Assembly (NCBI GenBank): GCA_041675385.1
Contig: JBAYTY010000009.1
Coordinates: forward strand, 14,237-78,236
DNA: 64,000 nucleotides
Direction: 5' to 3'
From: Candidatus Obscuribacterales bacterium
Lineage (GTDB): Bacteria; Cyanobacteriota; Vampirovibrionia; Obscuribacterales; Obscuribacteraceae
The notes beneath the pieces were generated by a model. It ran no database searches, had not been told where the DNA came from, and saw nothing but the letters and a program-made list of their open reading frames with translations. Position 1 is the first letter of the stretch. Each line of letters opens with the position of its first letter. The translations under genes and the position numbers were made by a program. Shown here piece by piece: positions 8,327 through 17,007 of the stretch.

Positions 8327-10483
8327 ATGTCTAACAAATTCGTAGACCTCGTAGGCGGCTCAGACGCCAACAACGGCAGTACTTTCGCGCTGCGTAAGAA
8401 GACCCTATCATCGGCTGCAGCAGTTGCAGTAGCAGGTGACGTCATTCGCGTCATGGGCAAACCAAGCACCAGTAGCGGTACCGCGACGTGGACCAAAGGT
8501 TCTCCTCTGGTCACGCTCGCAGCAGCAATGAACCAGCTTGTCTATGGCGACGGCGCCTGGACTCCGTCTGGCGCAACCGTCACGGCTACCGCCAACACCA
8601 CGGCCCCGACTCCCAAGCAGGGCGCCAACAGCTCCAAGCTGGTTTGCGCCGCTGGCTTTACCACCGGCCTGGTTGCCTATTGGCCCACCGGTGCCCTCAA
8701 CTTGAGCGCCTACCAGCAGCTCACCTTCTGGGTGCAGTCGAGCGTTGCTCTGGCCTCTGGTGCACTCAGTCTCAACCTGTGCAGCGACGCGGCTGGCGCA
8801 GTTGTAGTCAACACGCTGACTCTGAACAAGGCCCTGAACGCCGGTCAGTGGACGGCAGTAACCATCGACAATGGTGCGGCACTCGGCGCCTCCATCAATA
8901 GCGTGAGCCTGACGGCCAACTCCACGCTGGCCTCCAAGACCATTTCGCTGGACAACATTTCGGCAGCCAAAGCTCCGTCGGCTGCCGATTGCCTGGCGCT
9001 GAACACGTTGATTTCGCCAGACAACGCAGTTTTCTATTCAGTGCAAAGTATCAATGGCACGACAGTGTATGTCGATGCTCAGGCAACGACTGCTGCCACT
9101 CTGGCCAAGGGCTATCGCGGTGCCACTGGTTCCACTACCTTCTACATGTTGCAGCCGACGGTTGTTTCAATCGGCACCGGCAACACCGTCTACGACCAGG
9201 TCTTCTCTGGCAACGGCTCGGCTGGCAACCCGATCACCATTTCTGGTGGCTGGAACACCACTGACATGTCCACCCAGGACGGTCTGACTCTGATCGACCG
9301 CAGTGACTGGGCCGCTTCTGGTGTCAATCTTTCGGGCACCACCGGCTACATCACTGTCGACAAGATGATGTTCGGCCATGCGGCATTCCCTCTTGGTCTG
9401 GTGTCTACGGCGCGTGGCTACAACGTCAACAACAGTGGCTTTGCTGGCACTGGCTCGTTCTCGACCATGCCGACGCGAGCGGTAAATGTGGCGGGCTCGA
9501 ACTTCATCAACTGCACTGGCACGACGGCTATTCTGAACATCCCGGCCACAGGCAACTACAAGACGGATAACCTGAACTGGAGCATCACCAATACCAAGGT
9601 GTGGGGTGCTGCTGTTGCCGGTGTCAAGGTGCCGCTGTTCGTGGCTGCCGCTCCTGCAACTGTCACTGGCTGCAATTGCTCTGGCAACACCGGTCTGGGC
9701 TTCGACATTCAGTCAATTTGCAACTTCCGCTCCAACACGGCAGAAGGCAACACACTGGGCGGCATCAACTTCCAGGCCATCCAAGGCCAGGTTTCCTACG
9801 GCCTCACGTCGCGCGGCAACACTGTCGGTGAGGTTCTGCTGAACAACGCCGATGTTGAAATCTACGGCCTCGACACGAACACTGTGGGCGGCTCTGCTGT
9901 GCCACAGATCATGATTCCGAACAATGTCAGCGGTCGCGCTGTTGTCTATGACTGGACCCAATACACTGGTGGTGCCCCTGCTGCAGTTTTGACCAAGCTC
10001 GGTAGCCCCGGTACTGGTCGCACGGCAGGCAACTCGGTCAGCTCTCAGAAAGAGGGCGGGAATGCTGCTAACAACACCACCTACACCGACTACGGCACGA
10101 TTACGACGACCGGTGTTGTGGGTCAGCCTGGCTCTGGCATTGCCTGGAAGCTCACTCCTGATACTGACGCCCTGTCTGGTAGCCCGCTCAGCATCAATGT
10201 CGGCAGAGTGGCCTGTCCCGCTAATGTGACAACCACCATCACCTATTACGCCAAATTGAGTGCGGCTGGTCCGACTGCTCGGCTGAAGGTATTTGGCGGT
10301 CGCCATGCCGGTGTCGGCTCTGCCGGGACTGACATCACCGTCTCTATCGCCGGTACCACTTACGCACAGTACGCCATCTCGGTGACCCCGACAGAGGCCT
10401 GTGTAGTCGACATTTGGGCGGAGGTTTTCGGAAGCACAACCCAATCTTTGACTGTCAGCGGTCCCATCGTCGTCAGCCAGTAA
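8327..10483 (+). CDS. Large Thr/Ala/Gly/Asn-rich protein, probable right-handed beta-helix (pectate-lyase/tailspike-like) fold
   Basis: 718-aa ORF. The N-terminus (FVDLVGGSDANNGSTFALRKKTLSSAAAVAVAGDVIRV) matches the GSDxNxG...GDxIxV opening typical of parallel beta-helix proteins. No signal peptide is present. The fold call is an inference. Confidence 0.7.
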   Translation: MSNKFVDLVGGSDANNGSTFALRKKTLSSAAAVAVAGDVIRVMGKPSTSSGTATWTKGSPLVTLAAAMNQLVYGDGAWTPSGATVTATANTTAPTPKQGANSSKLVCAAGFTTGLVAYWPTGALNLSAYQQLTFWVQSSVALASGALSLNLCSDAAGAVVVNTLTLNKALNAGQWTAVTIDNGAALGASINSVSLTANSTLASKTISLDNISAAKAPSAADCLALNTLISPDNAVFYSVQSINGTTVYVDAQATTAATLAKGYRGATGSTTFYMLQPTVVSIGTGNTVYDQVFSGNGSAGNPITISGGWNTTDMSTQDGLTLIDRSDWAASGVNLSGTTGYITVDKMMFGHAAFPLGLVSTARGYNVNNSGFAGTGSFSTMPTRAVNVAGSNFINCTGTTAILNIPATGNYKTDNLNWSITNTKVWGAAVAGVKVPLFVAAAPATVTGCNCSGNTGLGFDIQSICNFRSNTAEGNTLGGINFQAIQGQVSYGLTSRGNTVGEVLLNNADVEIYGLDTNTVGGSAVPQIMIPNNVSGRAVVYDWTQYTGGAPAAVLTKLGSPGTGRTAGNSVSSQKEGGNAANNTTYTDYGTITTTGVVGQPGSGIAWKLTPDTDALSGSPLSINVGRVACPANVTTTITYYAKLSAAGPTARLKVFGGRHAGVGSAGTDITVSIAGTTYAQYAISVTPTEACVVDIWAEVFGSTTQSLTVSGPIVVSQ

Positions 10484-10510
10484 ACCAATCAATCTAAAAG
10501 GAGAAAAGAC

Positions 10511-10780
10511 ATGATCGACGTCGGTCTCAACCTAAATGTCGCCTACAAGGCGGCACCCTTTGTCCTTGGCTCTGGTCAGGACACCACCCCAATGCAGCTC
10601 GTGTATCAGGGGGCGCCTTTTCTGATTGCCAATCAGGAGCGCGGCTTTAGCTATCAGATGGATGTCCTTGGTCGCCTGACCAAGACCACCATCACGCAGG
10701 GTACCAACCAGCAGATAGCCTATGACGCCTCTGGCAATCGGACTTCGGTGGTCACGACTTGCGGCCCGAGCGGCTGTTAA
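10511..10780 (+). CDS. 89-aa protein carrying a single RHS/YD repeat
   Basis: A strong SD (AAAGGAGAAAAGAC) precedes the ATG. The C-terminal LGRLTKTTITQGTNQQIAYDASGNRTSVV is one YD repeat. The N-terminus has a duplicated YKAAPFV / YQGAPFL motif. Confidence 0.7.
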   Translation: MIDVGLNLNVAYKAAPFVLGSGQDTTPMQLVYQGAPFLIANQERGFSYQMDVLGRLTKTTITQGTNQQIAYDASGNRTSVVTTCGPSGC

Positions 10781-10807
10781 GTCACCCAGAAACCCGTCAT
10801 CCGATTG

Positions 10808-10841
10808 GCAACCGCCTATCAGCTTTGCCTCAGGCGGTTGC
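10808..10841 (+). other. Perfect 10-bp stem hairpin between the small YD gene and the RHS gene
   Basis: GCAACCGCCT, a 14-nt loop, then AGGCGGTTGC. No T-run follows, so it may be an RNA processing or attenuation structure rather than a terminator. Confidence 0.5.
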
Positions 10842-10890
10842 TAGTCTCAATTTCGAACCACACAAACCAAAACCAAAGAACGGAAAAATC

Positions 10891-13800
10891 ATGGAAACTC
10901 AAAACAACGTAGGCGTAGTCCCAGAAGACGCGCCAATGCTCTCGTTTGCCAATAGTCCTCAGCCCAAAACCAATCTGCCTATCTCTGTGGCGGAGCTGAA
11001 GAAGCAAGTGGAAAGTCAAGTAATCGATATGTCGACAATCGTCGACGTCAATGCCTTGAACGCGCAGCCATCATTTGCCGCAGCTACTGTCCAGGGCGCG
11101 CCATCAATTACAGAAATGGCACGTGCACTGGCAGGTTCAGCCACCGGTTCCACAGCAGTCGGTCAGATATTCGAGTTTGTCTACAACAACATCGAATGGG
11201 AACCCGGTTGGGGCGTCTACCGTGGCGCTCTTGGCTGCCTAATGGACGGCATGGGTAATGCATTCGACCAAAGCCTGCTCCTGGCCAACCTTTTGAGGTC
11301 AGCGGGCTTCACTGCCAATATTGTCATGGGGGAAATAACCCTATCGACTGCCCAAGTGACAAACTGGTTTGGTACCAACGACATCTTTAGCTCTGCTAAC
11401 TACTGCGGCAACCAAAACATCCCTTTCACTAATCTCGCCGTACCGTTTACGAGCCTGACCTTGGGACACGTATGGTGTCAAGTGGTCATATCTGGCACGA
11501 CTTATGTGTTGGACCCCGCTTTCAAGCAGTACACCCGTACTGCCGGTCTTGGCAGCGCTACGCTGGCAACAGCGCTTGGCTACAATGCCACGACTTTCTT
11601 GACCAACGCACAGTCCGGCGCGACTATCGATGCTGGCGGCGACTTCGTCCAGAACATGAACCGCACGAACGTGCGTAACGACCTCAAGACCATGACGGCA
11701 AATCTGGTCAGCTACATCAACGCAAACACCATCGGTAGCGCCGCTCCTGGCACCGCTACAGTCGAAGATGTGATTGGTGGTCAAACGATCATTCCGGTGA
11801 CCCTGCCGCTCACTCTCGTGACTGTCCTTCCTTACGAAAAAGTAGGCGATGTGCCGACTATTTGGACTGGCGACGTCGACAACGCTTTCAAGACGACTCT
11901 ACAGGTTGAGTACTTTGATCCGGCTGCTGGCAATGCGGTCACCATTAACCAGACCTTCTTTACTGATGCTTTGGCAGCGACTCGCTTGACGCTGTTTTTC
12001 AACGGATCTCTGGTGCCGACCCTGTACCTAAATGGCACGGCGCTGCAATCTGGTAATGCACAGACTGCGGGCACATTTACTTCACTGCGGCTGACAGTCA
12101 ATCACGGCGCTTACCAGGCATTTTGGGGCGGCAAGACTCAGCAGTCTTTCGCATCCGGCATCTATGCCGGTGGCTCTTATCTGATTGCTAATGCTTGGGG
12201 GAACCTTGGCACCGGGCAGCTTGAGTACCACCAGAACCAAGCTGCGGCAAACATTGCGGCAGGCGGCTCTCTTACTTCAGAAGCAGTGCTTGGTGAAAAG
12301 CTTGCCATCGTTTGGTACAGCTGGGCAGCCCAAAATAGCAGAGCTACCGACCTGCTTGGCCGTATCACTGCCTGCCACTTCATGTACAACCACCAGGTGG
12401 GCGTCATTCACTTCAATGATGCCGGAAGCAACGCTGTTGCAACTGACCTGGGTCTTATCTCTGGTGCACCACACAACCTAAACAATGACACCACGCAGAC
12501 TCCCAAGTTCCAGACTATCGTCGCTATGCACGGCGTTGCGCTGGAAGCTATTGTCTGTGCTCAGTCAAACGGCACCCCTCCTGGTGTTTCGGCTACCTCG
12601 ATGCTGGACCTGGCAAACCGGACTGCTGTGGTCACCGTAGGCGGTACCATTACCGCAGGCAATGTGGCAACCATTACAGTCAATGATGCAGCACTTCCTG
12701 GAGGTACGCAGGCTGTTAGCTACACGGTGCTTGTTGGAGATACATTGACGACAATCGCTACTGGACTAGCAGCGGCAGTCAACGGCAACACTAACCTCGC
12801 GGCAATCGGCGTGAAAGGGCTTGGAGTAGGGGCGACAGTTCTTGTTTCCTCGACTTCCGTAAACCAGACCACCTACACTGTTTCGGCAACTGGAACGCTC
12901 ACTTTGTCGGTGGCTTTTGAAAAGCTCTACAAAGGGAGCAGCGCAAACTGGACGGCTGGCACGGCCATCCGAAACAACCTCATAGCAAACGGCTACACAG
13001 CTGGTGACCTCGGTAGGTTGGATACGGACATCCCAAATGGTTATACCTGCGTGCTTGCTGAGCGTAAGAACCAGAAGCTTGGGTCATTCACCGGTTGGGC
13101 ATTCTGGGAGTTCTTCCCCAACGGTTTCAATCCAGCACCCGCTGGTGCATTTGGTATTGTCAACGGTGTCTACAGCTTCGGTGGTGGACAACCTGGCACT
13201 GCAGGCAACGGAACTCAAGGGAGTAACAATAATGGTGAGACCGGTGAAGAACCGATCAGCTATTCCACCGGCGCGTACATTTTGCAGACCAAAGATTTGG
13301 AAATTGGAAGTCAGGAATACCCTTACAAGTTGAGTTTTGGAAGAAACTACGATTCTAAGTCTCAGTATGCTAATGGACCGTTGGGCCGCGGATGGAACCA
13401 CAGCCACAATGTCAACGCCACAGTGGCAAGTAATGGCAGCTTTGCCATGGGGCAGCAGTACGCGGTCCCAGCTTGTGCGACCATTGCCAACATGTTTGTT
13501 AGCGTGGATTTGGCTGCTGATAATGCTCGTCCTGTATCCAAGCTGATGACCATTACCATTGGCGACAACTGGTGGGTGGACCAAATGGTGAATAACGCCG
13601 TGGTGATTTCATACCCGGACGCGACCAATCAAATCTACATCAAGCAGCCAGACGGCTCCTACACTAGGTCAGCCAACAACCTTCCCAGTAAGCTAACCGT
13701 GGTCAGTGGTCTATTTGTTCTGACTACTCCCCAAGGAGTAAAGACAAATTTCAACTCTGCCGGTCAGATTTCTTCGGTTGTATTTCCTACTGGAGTTACT

Positions 13801-16800
13801 GTCTCTTACACTTATACAAGTGGCAAGCTGACCAGCATTTCCAACGGTCTGGGGCGCACACTCACTCTCAACTACACCGGAAATCTGCTCACGAGCGTAA
13901 CCGATGGCACGGGACGCTCAGTTTCCTACACGGTGGATGCAAGTTCAAACTTGACCACATTCCAGGACGCAAACGGGCAAAACACCACTTATGCCTATGG
14001 AACGCCGGGACTGTTAACCCAGTACTTCATGCCAGCCTTTCCAGCCACAGCGATTATCACTAACGTTTACGATTCTCTTAGCCGTGTCAAAACACAGGCG
14101 AACACAAGGAATCAGGTGACTACGCTCTACCTGGCTGGTAGTCGCGCTGAGGTGGTTGATCCTGTTGGAAACAAGACTGTTCGGTACTTTAGTCCGATTG
14201 GTTCGACAGCTCGCCTCATTGATGCTCTTGGCTTCGAAACCAAGACAGTCTATGACGGCTTGAATCGAGTCGTCAAGTTGAATCAGCCTGAGGGAAACTA
14301 CAAGCAAATGACTTTTGATGCCAATGACAATGTCTTGAGCATCACCTCTGTAGCTAAGTCTGGGTCAGGGCTAGCCAATATTGTCGAGAACATGACCTAC
14401 GATACAACTTGGGCGAAACTCAAGACCTATCAGGATGGAAGAGGTAATACCACAACCAATTCTTATGATGCGGCGACTGGAAACCTGCTAACCATCCAAC
14501 GTCCAATGGTTGGAGGGCAAACCCCAACTGTCACAATGACTTATAACGGGCGAGGACAGATGCTGACTCGCACCGATGAGACATCGATTGTGACTCAATT
14601 TAACTACGATGCCACTACCGAAAAGTTGACTTCCATGGTGATAGACTTCGGTGTTTCTCCACATCTCAATTTATCAACTTCCTTCGGCTATGATGCGGTT
14701 GGCAATGTCACCAGCTTGACGGATGCACGCTCAAATCAGACGACCTTTGTATTCAATGGTCTCAGGAAGATGACACAAAAAACTGATCCTGGGCCGTTCA
14801 GTTATGTCACTAACTATGGCTATAACGCCAGCGCTTTCCTTACAAGCACTCAGAGACAAATAGCTGGCTCTCCTGCTTGGCAGTCCGTAAATTGGACTTA
14901 TTCTGCGTCAAATAAGGTTCTTACTGAGACAGATTCATTTGGTCGACAAAAATCTCGTACATATGATGGAAAAGATCGGCTTCAGACCTTAACCGACGGC
15001 CAAAGCCGTGTCTGGCAGCTAGCCTATGATGCAGTCGATCGCTTGAATCAAATCACCGACCCCAATTCGGTTGTGACCGATTTCCGCACCTTTACTGCAA
15101 ACGGAAAATTGGCGTCAATAAAGGATGCACGGAATAATACCACTCAATACTCTTGGGACGGTTTTGACCGCGCGAACAAGACAATCTATGCCGATGCAAC
15201 GTTCGAGCAGAATAGCTCCTACGATGCCAATGGCAACGTGCTTACGTTCTTGACTCGGTCTGGGAATAGCATCGTCAAAACTTTCGACGCCTTGAACCGA
15301 GAGGCAACCAGAGCACCGCAAGGTCAGCCCACGGTAACCTTGACTTATGATTTAGCCAACCGGCTGACTCAAGTCAGCAAGCCAGTTGTTGCAGGAGACC
15401 CATCTTCTGGAGCAACACAATTCTTCTTCGATACCGCTGGTCGTTTCTTCAAGGAGCAATACCCAGATGCAAAAACAGTCACGCATGTGCTTGATGGAAA
15501 TGGCAATTTCACCAAGACGACTTGGCCAGATGCCTATTTTATTGACCGAGTCTTCGATCAGATGAACCGCCTGACAGACATCAAGTTGAATGGCTCTGCA
15601 ATTGTGGCTGCCCATTTTGACTACAATGAGCTGTCCCAGCGTACGCAGTTGACCTATAGCAACGGGGCTACAGTGGTTTACAACCCTCGCCTCAATGGAG
15701 ACCTGACAGGTATCACTCATAATTTTGTTGGAAGCACTATGAGTCTCGCATATGGCTTTAACAATGTACAGGAGCCAATTGTGGCATCTGCAACAGACTC
15801 AAGCTATATCTGGCGCCCTAGCGGAGCAAGCAGCGTCCCGTACGGTGCGACAGACAACGTCAACAAGTATCCTACTGTTGGCGGAGTTGCCCAAACCTAT
15901 GACGGCAACAAGAACCTGATTGGCGATGGCACATGGACCTATACTTTTGATACCGAAAATCATTTGCTAACTGCAAATGCCACCGGTGTCAGTGCAAGCA
16001 TGGTCTACGATCCAATGCACCGACAATCTCAAAAGACTGTTGGTGCCGGAAAAACCCGCTACATCTATTCACGTTGGCAGCGCATAGCTGACTATGATGG
16101 TGTGGCAGGGACCCTGCAAAATCGTTATGTCTACGGCACTGGAATTGATGAGCCACTTATCCAGGTATCTAACGGAGGAGTTTTAAGTTTCCTTCATGCC
16201 GATAAGATGGGATCAATCGTTGGTGTAAGCAACGCCTCTGGTGCTAGTGCAAGCAAAAACTTGTATAGTCCGTTCGGTGAGACGAGCACTCTCTCTGGAA
16301 CGAACTTTGGCTTTACTGGTCAACGGTACGATTTTGAGCTTGGTCTGTACTACTTCAAGATGCGCTATTTCGCTCCCAAGATTGGGCGATTTTTGCAGCC
16401 AGATCCCGCGGGATTCACCACTGAGGACTTCAATCTTTATTCGTACGGGAACAACAGTCCTCACAAGTATTCTGACCCATCAGGTACTTTTGCTGTAGTC
16501 GTAGGAATAGCTCTGGCAGTAGCTGCTGCTTTGGCGTTGAGTGGATGTTCCGACAACGGTAACAATGCTGGTGATAGCAATCAAGGCACCGGTGACAGTA
16601 ACCAAGGCACAGGAGACCAGAATCAAGGTCAGAGTGGAGGTGATCAGAATCAAGGTACCGGAGACCAAACTGGTGGACCGCACTATGGTCACAATGAGAC
16701 TAATCCAATGGATTCGAGTGACCCTGCCTTGCAGGGTACGATTAACGGGATAAATCAGACCCAAAATGGTCCTGTTGGACAAGAGCAGCACACTCCAACA

Positions 16801-16869
16801 CCAGTCATTCCAAACCATGGGCAGCCGCGAGTGCAATTTGATGATCACGGCAACCAAGTGTATAAGTAG
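10891..16869 (+). CDS. RHS/YD-repeat protein with N-terminal transglutaminase-like domain and atypical C-terminal payload
   Basis: The track ORF starts at TTG 10759; the ATG at 10891 (METQNNVG) is more plausible. A transglutaminase-like Cys/His/Asp pattern is present (ALGCLMDGMGNAFDQ.., GHVWCQV, VLDP). A DUF6531-like opening follows (EEPISYSTGAYILQTKDLEIG..GRGWNHSH), then dozens of YD repeats. The RHS core end reads RYFAPKIGRFLQPDPAGF..NLYSYGNNSPHKYSDPSGT. Confidence 0.95.
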   Translation: METQNNVGVVPEDAPMLSFANSPQPKTNLPISVAELKKQVESQVIDMSTIVDVNALNAQPSFAAATVQGAPSITEMARALAGSATGSTAVGQIFEFVYNNIEWEPGWGVYRGALGCLMDGMGNAFDQSLLLANLLRSAGFTANIVMGEITLSTAQVTNWFGTNDIFSSANYCGNQNIPFTNLAVPFTSLTLGHVWCQVVISGTTYVLDPAFKQYTRTAGLGSATLATALGYNATTFLTNAQSGATIDAGGDFVQNMNRTNVRNDLKTMTANLVSYINANTIGSAAPGTATVEDVIGGQTIIPVTLPLTLVTVLPYEKVGDVPTIWTGDVDNAFKTTLQVEYFDPAAGNAVTINQTFFTDALAATRLTLFFNGSLVPTLYLNGTALQSGNAQTAGTFTSLRLTVNHGAYQAFWGGKTQQSFASGIYAGGSYLIANAWGNLGTGQLEYHQNQAAANIAAGGSLTSEAVLGEKLAIVWYSWAAQNSRATDLLGRITACHFMYNHQVGVIHFNDAGSNAVATDLGLISGAPHNLNNDTTQTPKFQTIVAMHGVALEAIVCAQSNGTPPGVSATSMLDLANRTAVVTVGGTITAGNVATITVNDAALPGGTQAVSYTVLVGDTLTTIATGLAAAVNGNTNLAAIGVKGLGVGATVLVSSTSVNQTTYTVSATGTLTLSVAFEKLYKGSSANWTAGTAIRNNLIANGYTAGDLGRLDTDIPNGYTCVLAERKNQKLGSFTGWAFWEFFPNGFNPAPAGAFGIVNGVYSFGGGQPGTAGNGTQGSNNNGETGEEPISYSTGAYILQTKDLEIGSQEYPYKLSFGRNYDSKSQYANGPLGRGWNHSHNVNATVASNGSFAMGQQYAVPACATIANMFVSVDLAADNARPVSKLMTITIGDNWWVDQMVNNAVVISYPDATNQIYIKQPDGSYTRSANNLPSKLTVVSGLFVLTTPQGVKTNFNSAGQISSVVFPTGVTVSYTYTSGKLTSISNGLGRTLTLNYTGNLLTSVTDGTGRSVSYTVDASSNLTTFQDANGQNTTYAYGTPGLLTQYFMPAFPATAIITNVYDSLSRVKTQANTRNQVTTLYLAGSRAEVVDPVGNKTVRYFSPIGSTARLIDALGFETKTVYDGLNRVVKLNQPEGNYKQMTFDANDNVLSITSVAKSGSGLANIVENMTYDTTWAKLKTYQDGRGNTTTNSYDAATGNLLTIQRPMVGGQTPTVTMTYNGRGQMLTRTDETSIVTQFNYDATTEKLTSMVIDFGVSPHLNLSTSFGYDAVGNVTSLTDARSNQTTFVFNGLRKMTQKTDPGPFSYVTNYGYNASAFLTSTQRQIAGSPAWQSVNWTYSASNKVLTETDSFGRQKSRTYDGKDRLQTLTDGQSRVWQLAYDAVDRLNQITDPNSVVTDFRTFTANGKLASIKDARNNTTQYSWDGFDRANKTIYADATFEQNSSYDANGNVLTFLTRSGNSIVKTFDALNREATRAPQGQPTVTLTYDLANRLTQVSKPVVAGDPSSGATQFFFDTAGRFFKEQYPDAKTVTHVLDGNGNFTKTTWPDAYFIDRVFDQMNRLTDIKLNGSAIVAAHFDYNELSQRTQLTYSNGATVVYNPRLNGDLTGITHNFVGSTMSLAYGFNNVQEPIVASATDSSYIWRPSGASSVPYGATDNVNKYPTVGGVAQTYDGNKNLIGDGTWTYTFDTENHLLTANATGVSASMVYDPMHRQSQKTVGAGKTRYIYSRWQRIADYDGVAGTLQNRYVYGTGIDEPLIQVSNGGVLSFLHADKMGSIVGVSNASGASASKNLYSPFGETSTLSGTNFGFTGQRYDFELGLYYFKMRYFAPKIGRFLQPDPAGFTTEDFNLYSYGNNSPHKYSDPSGTFAVVVGIALAVAAALALSGCSDNGNNAGDSNQGTGDSNQGTGDQNQGQSGGDQNQGTGDQTGGPHYGHNETNPMDSSDPALQGTINGINQTQNGPVGQEQHTPTPVIPNHGQPRVQFDDHGNQVYK
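16489..16866 (+). other. RHS C-terminal payload region (126 aa after the DPSGT core end)
   Basis: The region reads FAVVVGIALAVAAALALSGC, a hydrophobic helix ending in a lipobox-like LSGC. It continues with GDSNQGT/GDQNQGT repeats and a Gln/Asn/Pro/His-rich tail. Confidence 0.7.
16570..16677 (+). repeat. Imperfect 21-bp tandem repeats encoding GD(S/Q)NQGT units
   Basis: ggtgatagcaatcaaggcacc / ggtgacagtaaccaaggcaca / ggagaccagaatcaaggt.. / ggtgatcagaatcaaggtacc / ggagaccaaactggtgga. Confidence 0.75.
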
Positions 16870-16909
16870 TGATAGGATCTAGCTTGTCAGCTTAGAGTTC
16901 TAGAGAATT

Positions 16910-16942
16910 GAGAAGGGGAAGAATTCAATTCTTCTCCTTCTC
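16910..16942. terminator. Bidirectional hairpin terminator between the convergent RHS and CPBP genes
   Basis: GAGAAGGGGAAGAATT, C, AATTCTTCTCCTTCTC: 16-nt arms with one G-T wobble. Confidence 0.7.
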
Positions 16943-17007
16943 TACCTATTCTCATTCTCAGCTCTTAGCGCTGGAACCATATTAAGCAATAACCCTCGTA
17001 CTTCATA

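Noticed and set aside
10759-10890. TTG-initiated N-terminal extension of the RHS ORF
   Set aside because: The extension spans the hairpin at 10808-10841 and overlaps the end of the 89-aa gene. The ATG at 10891 gives a cleaner gene boundary.
8488-16857. Numerous 60-260-aa ORFs inside or antisense to the beta-helix and RHS genes (for example 9713..10492, 13084..13584, 16480..16857)
   Set aside because: They lie entirely within long, motif-supported genes. Their compositions (Arg/Gly/Cys-rich) are typical of alternative frames, and they show no SDs.
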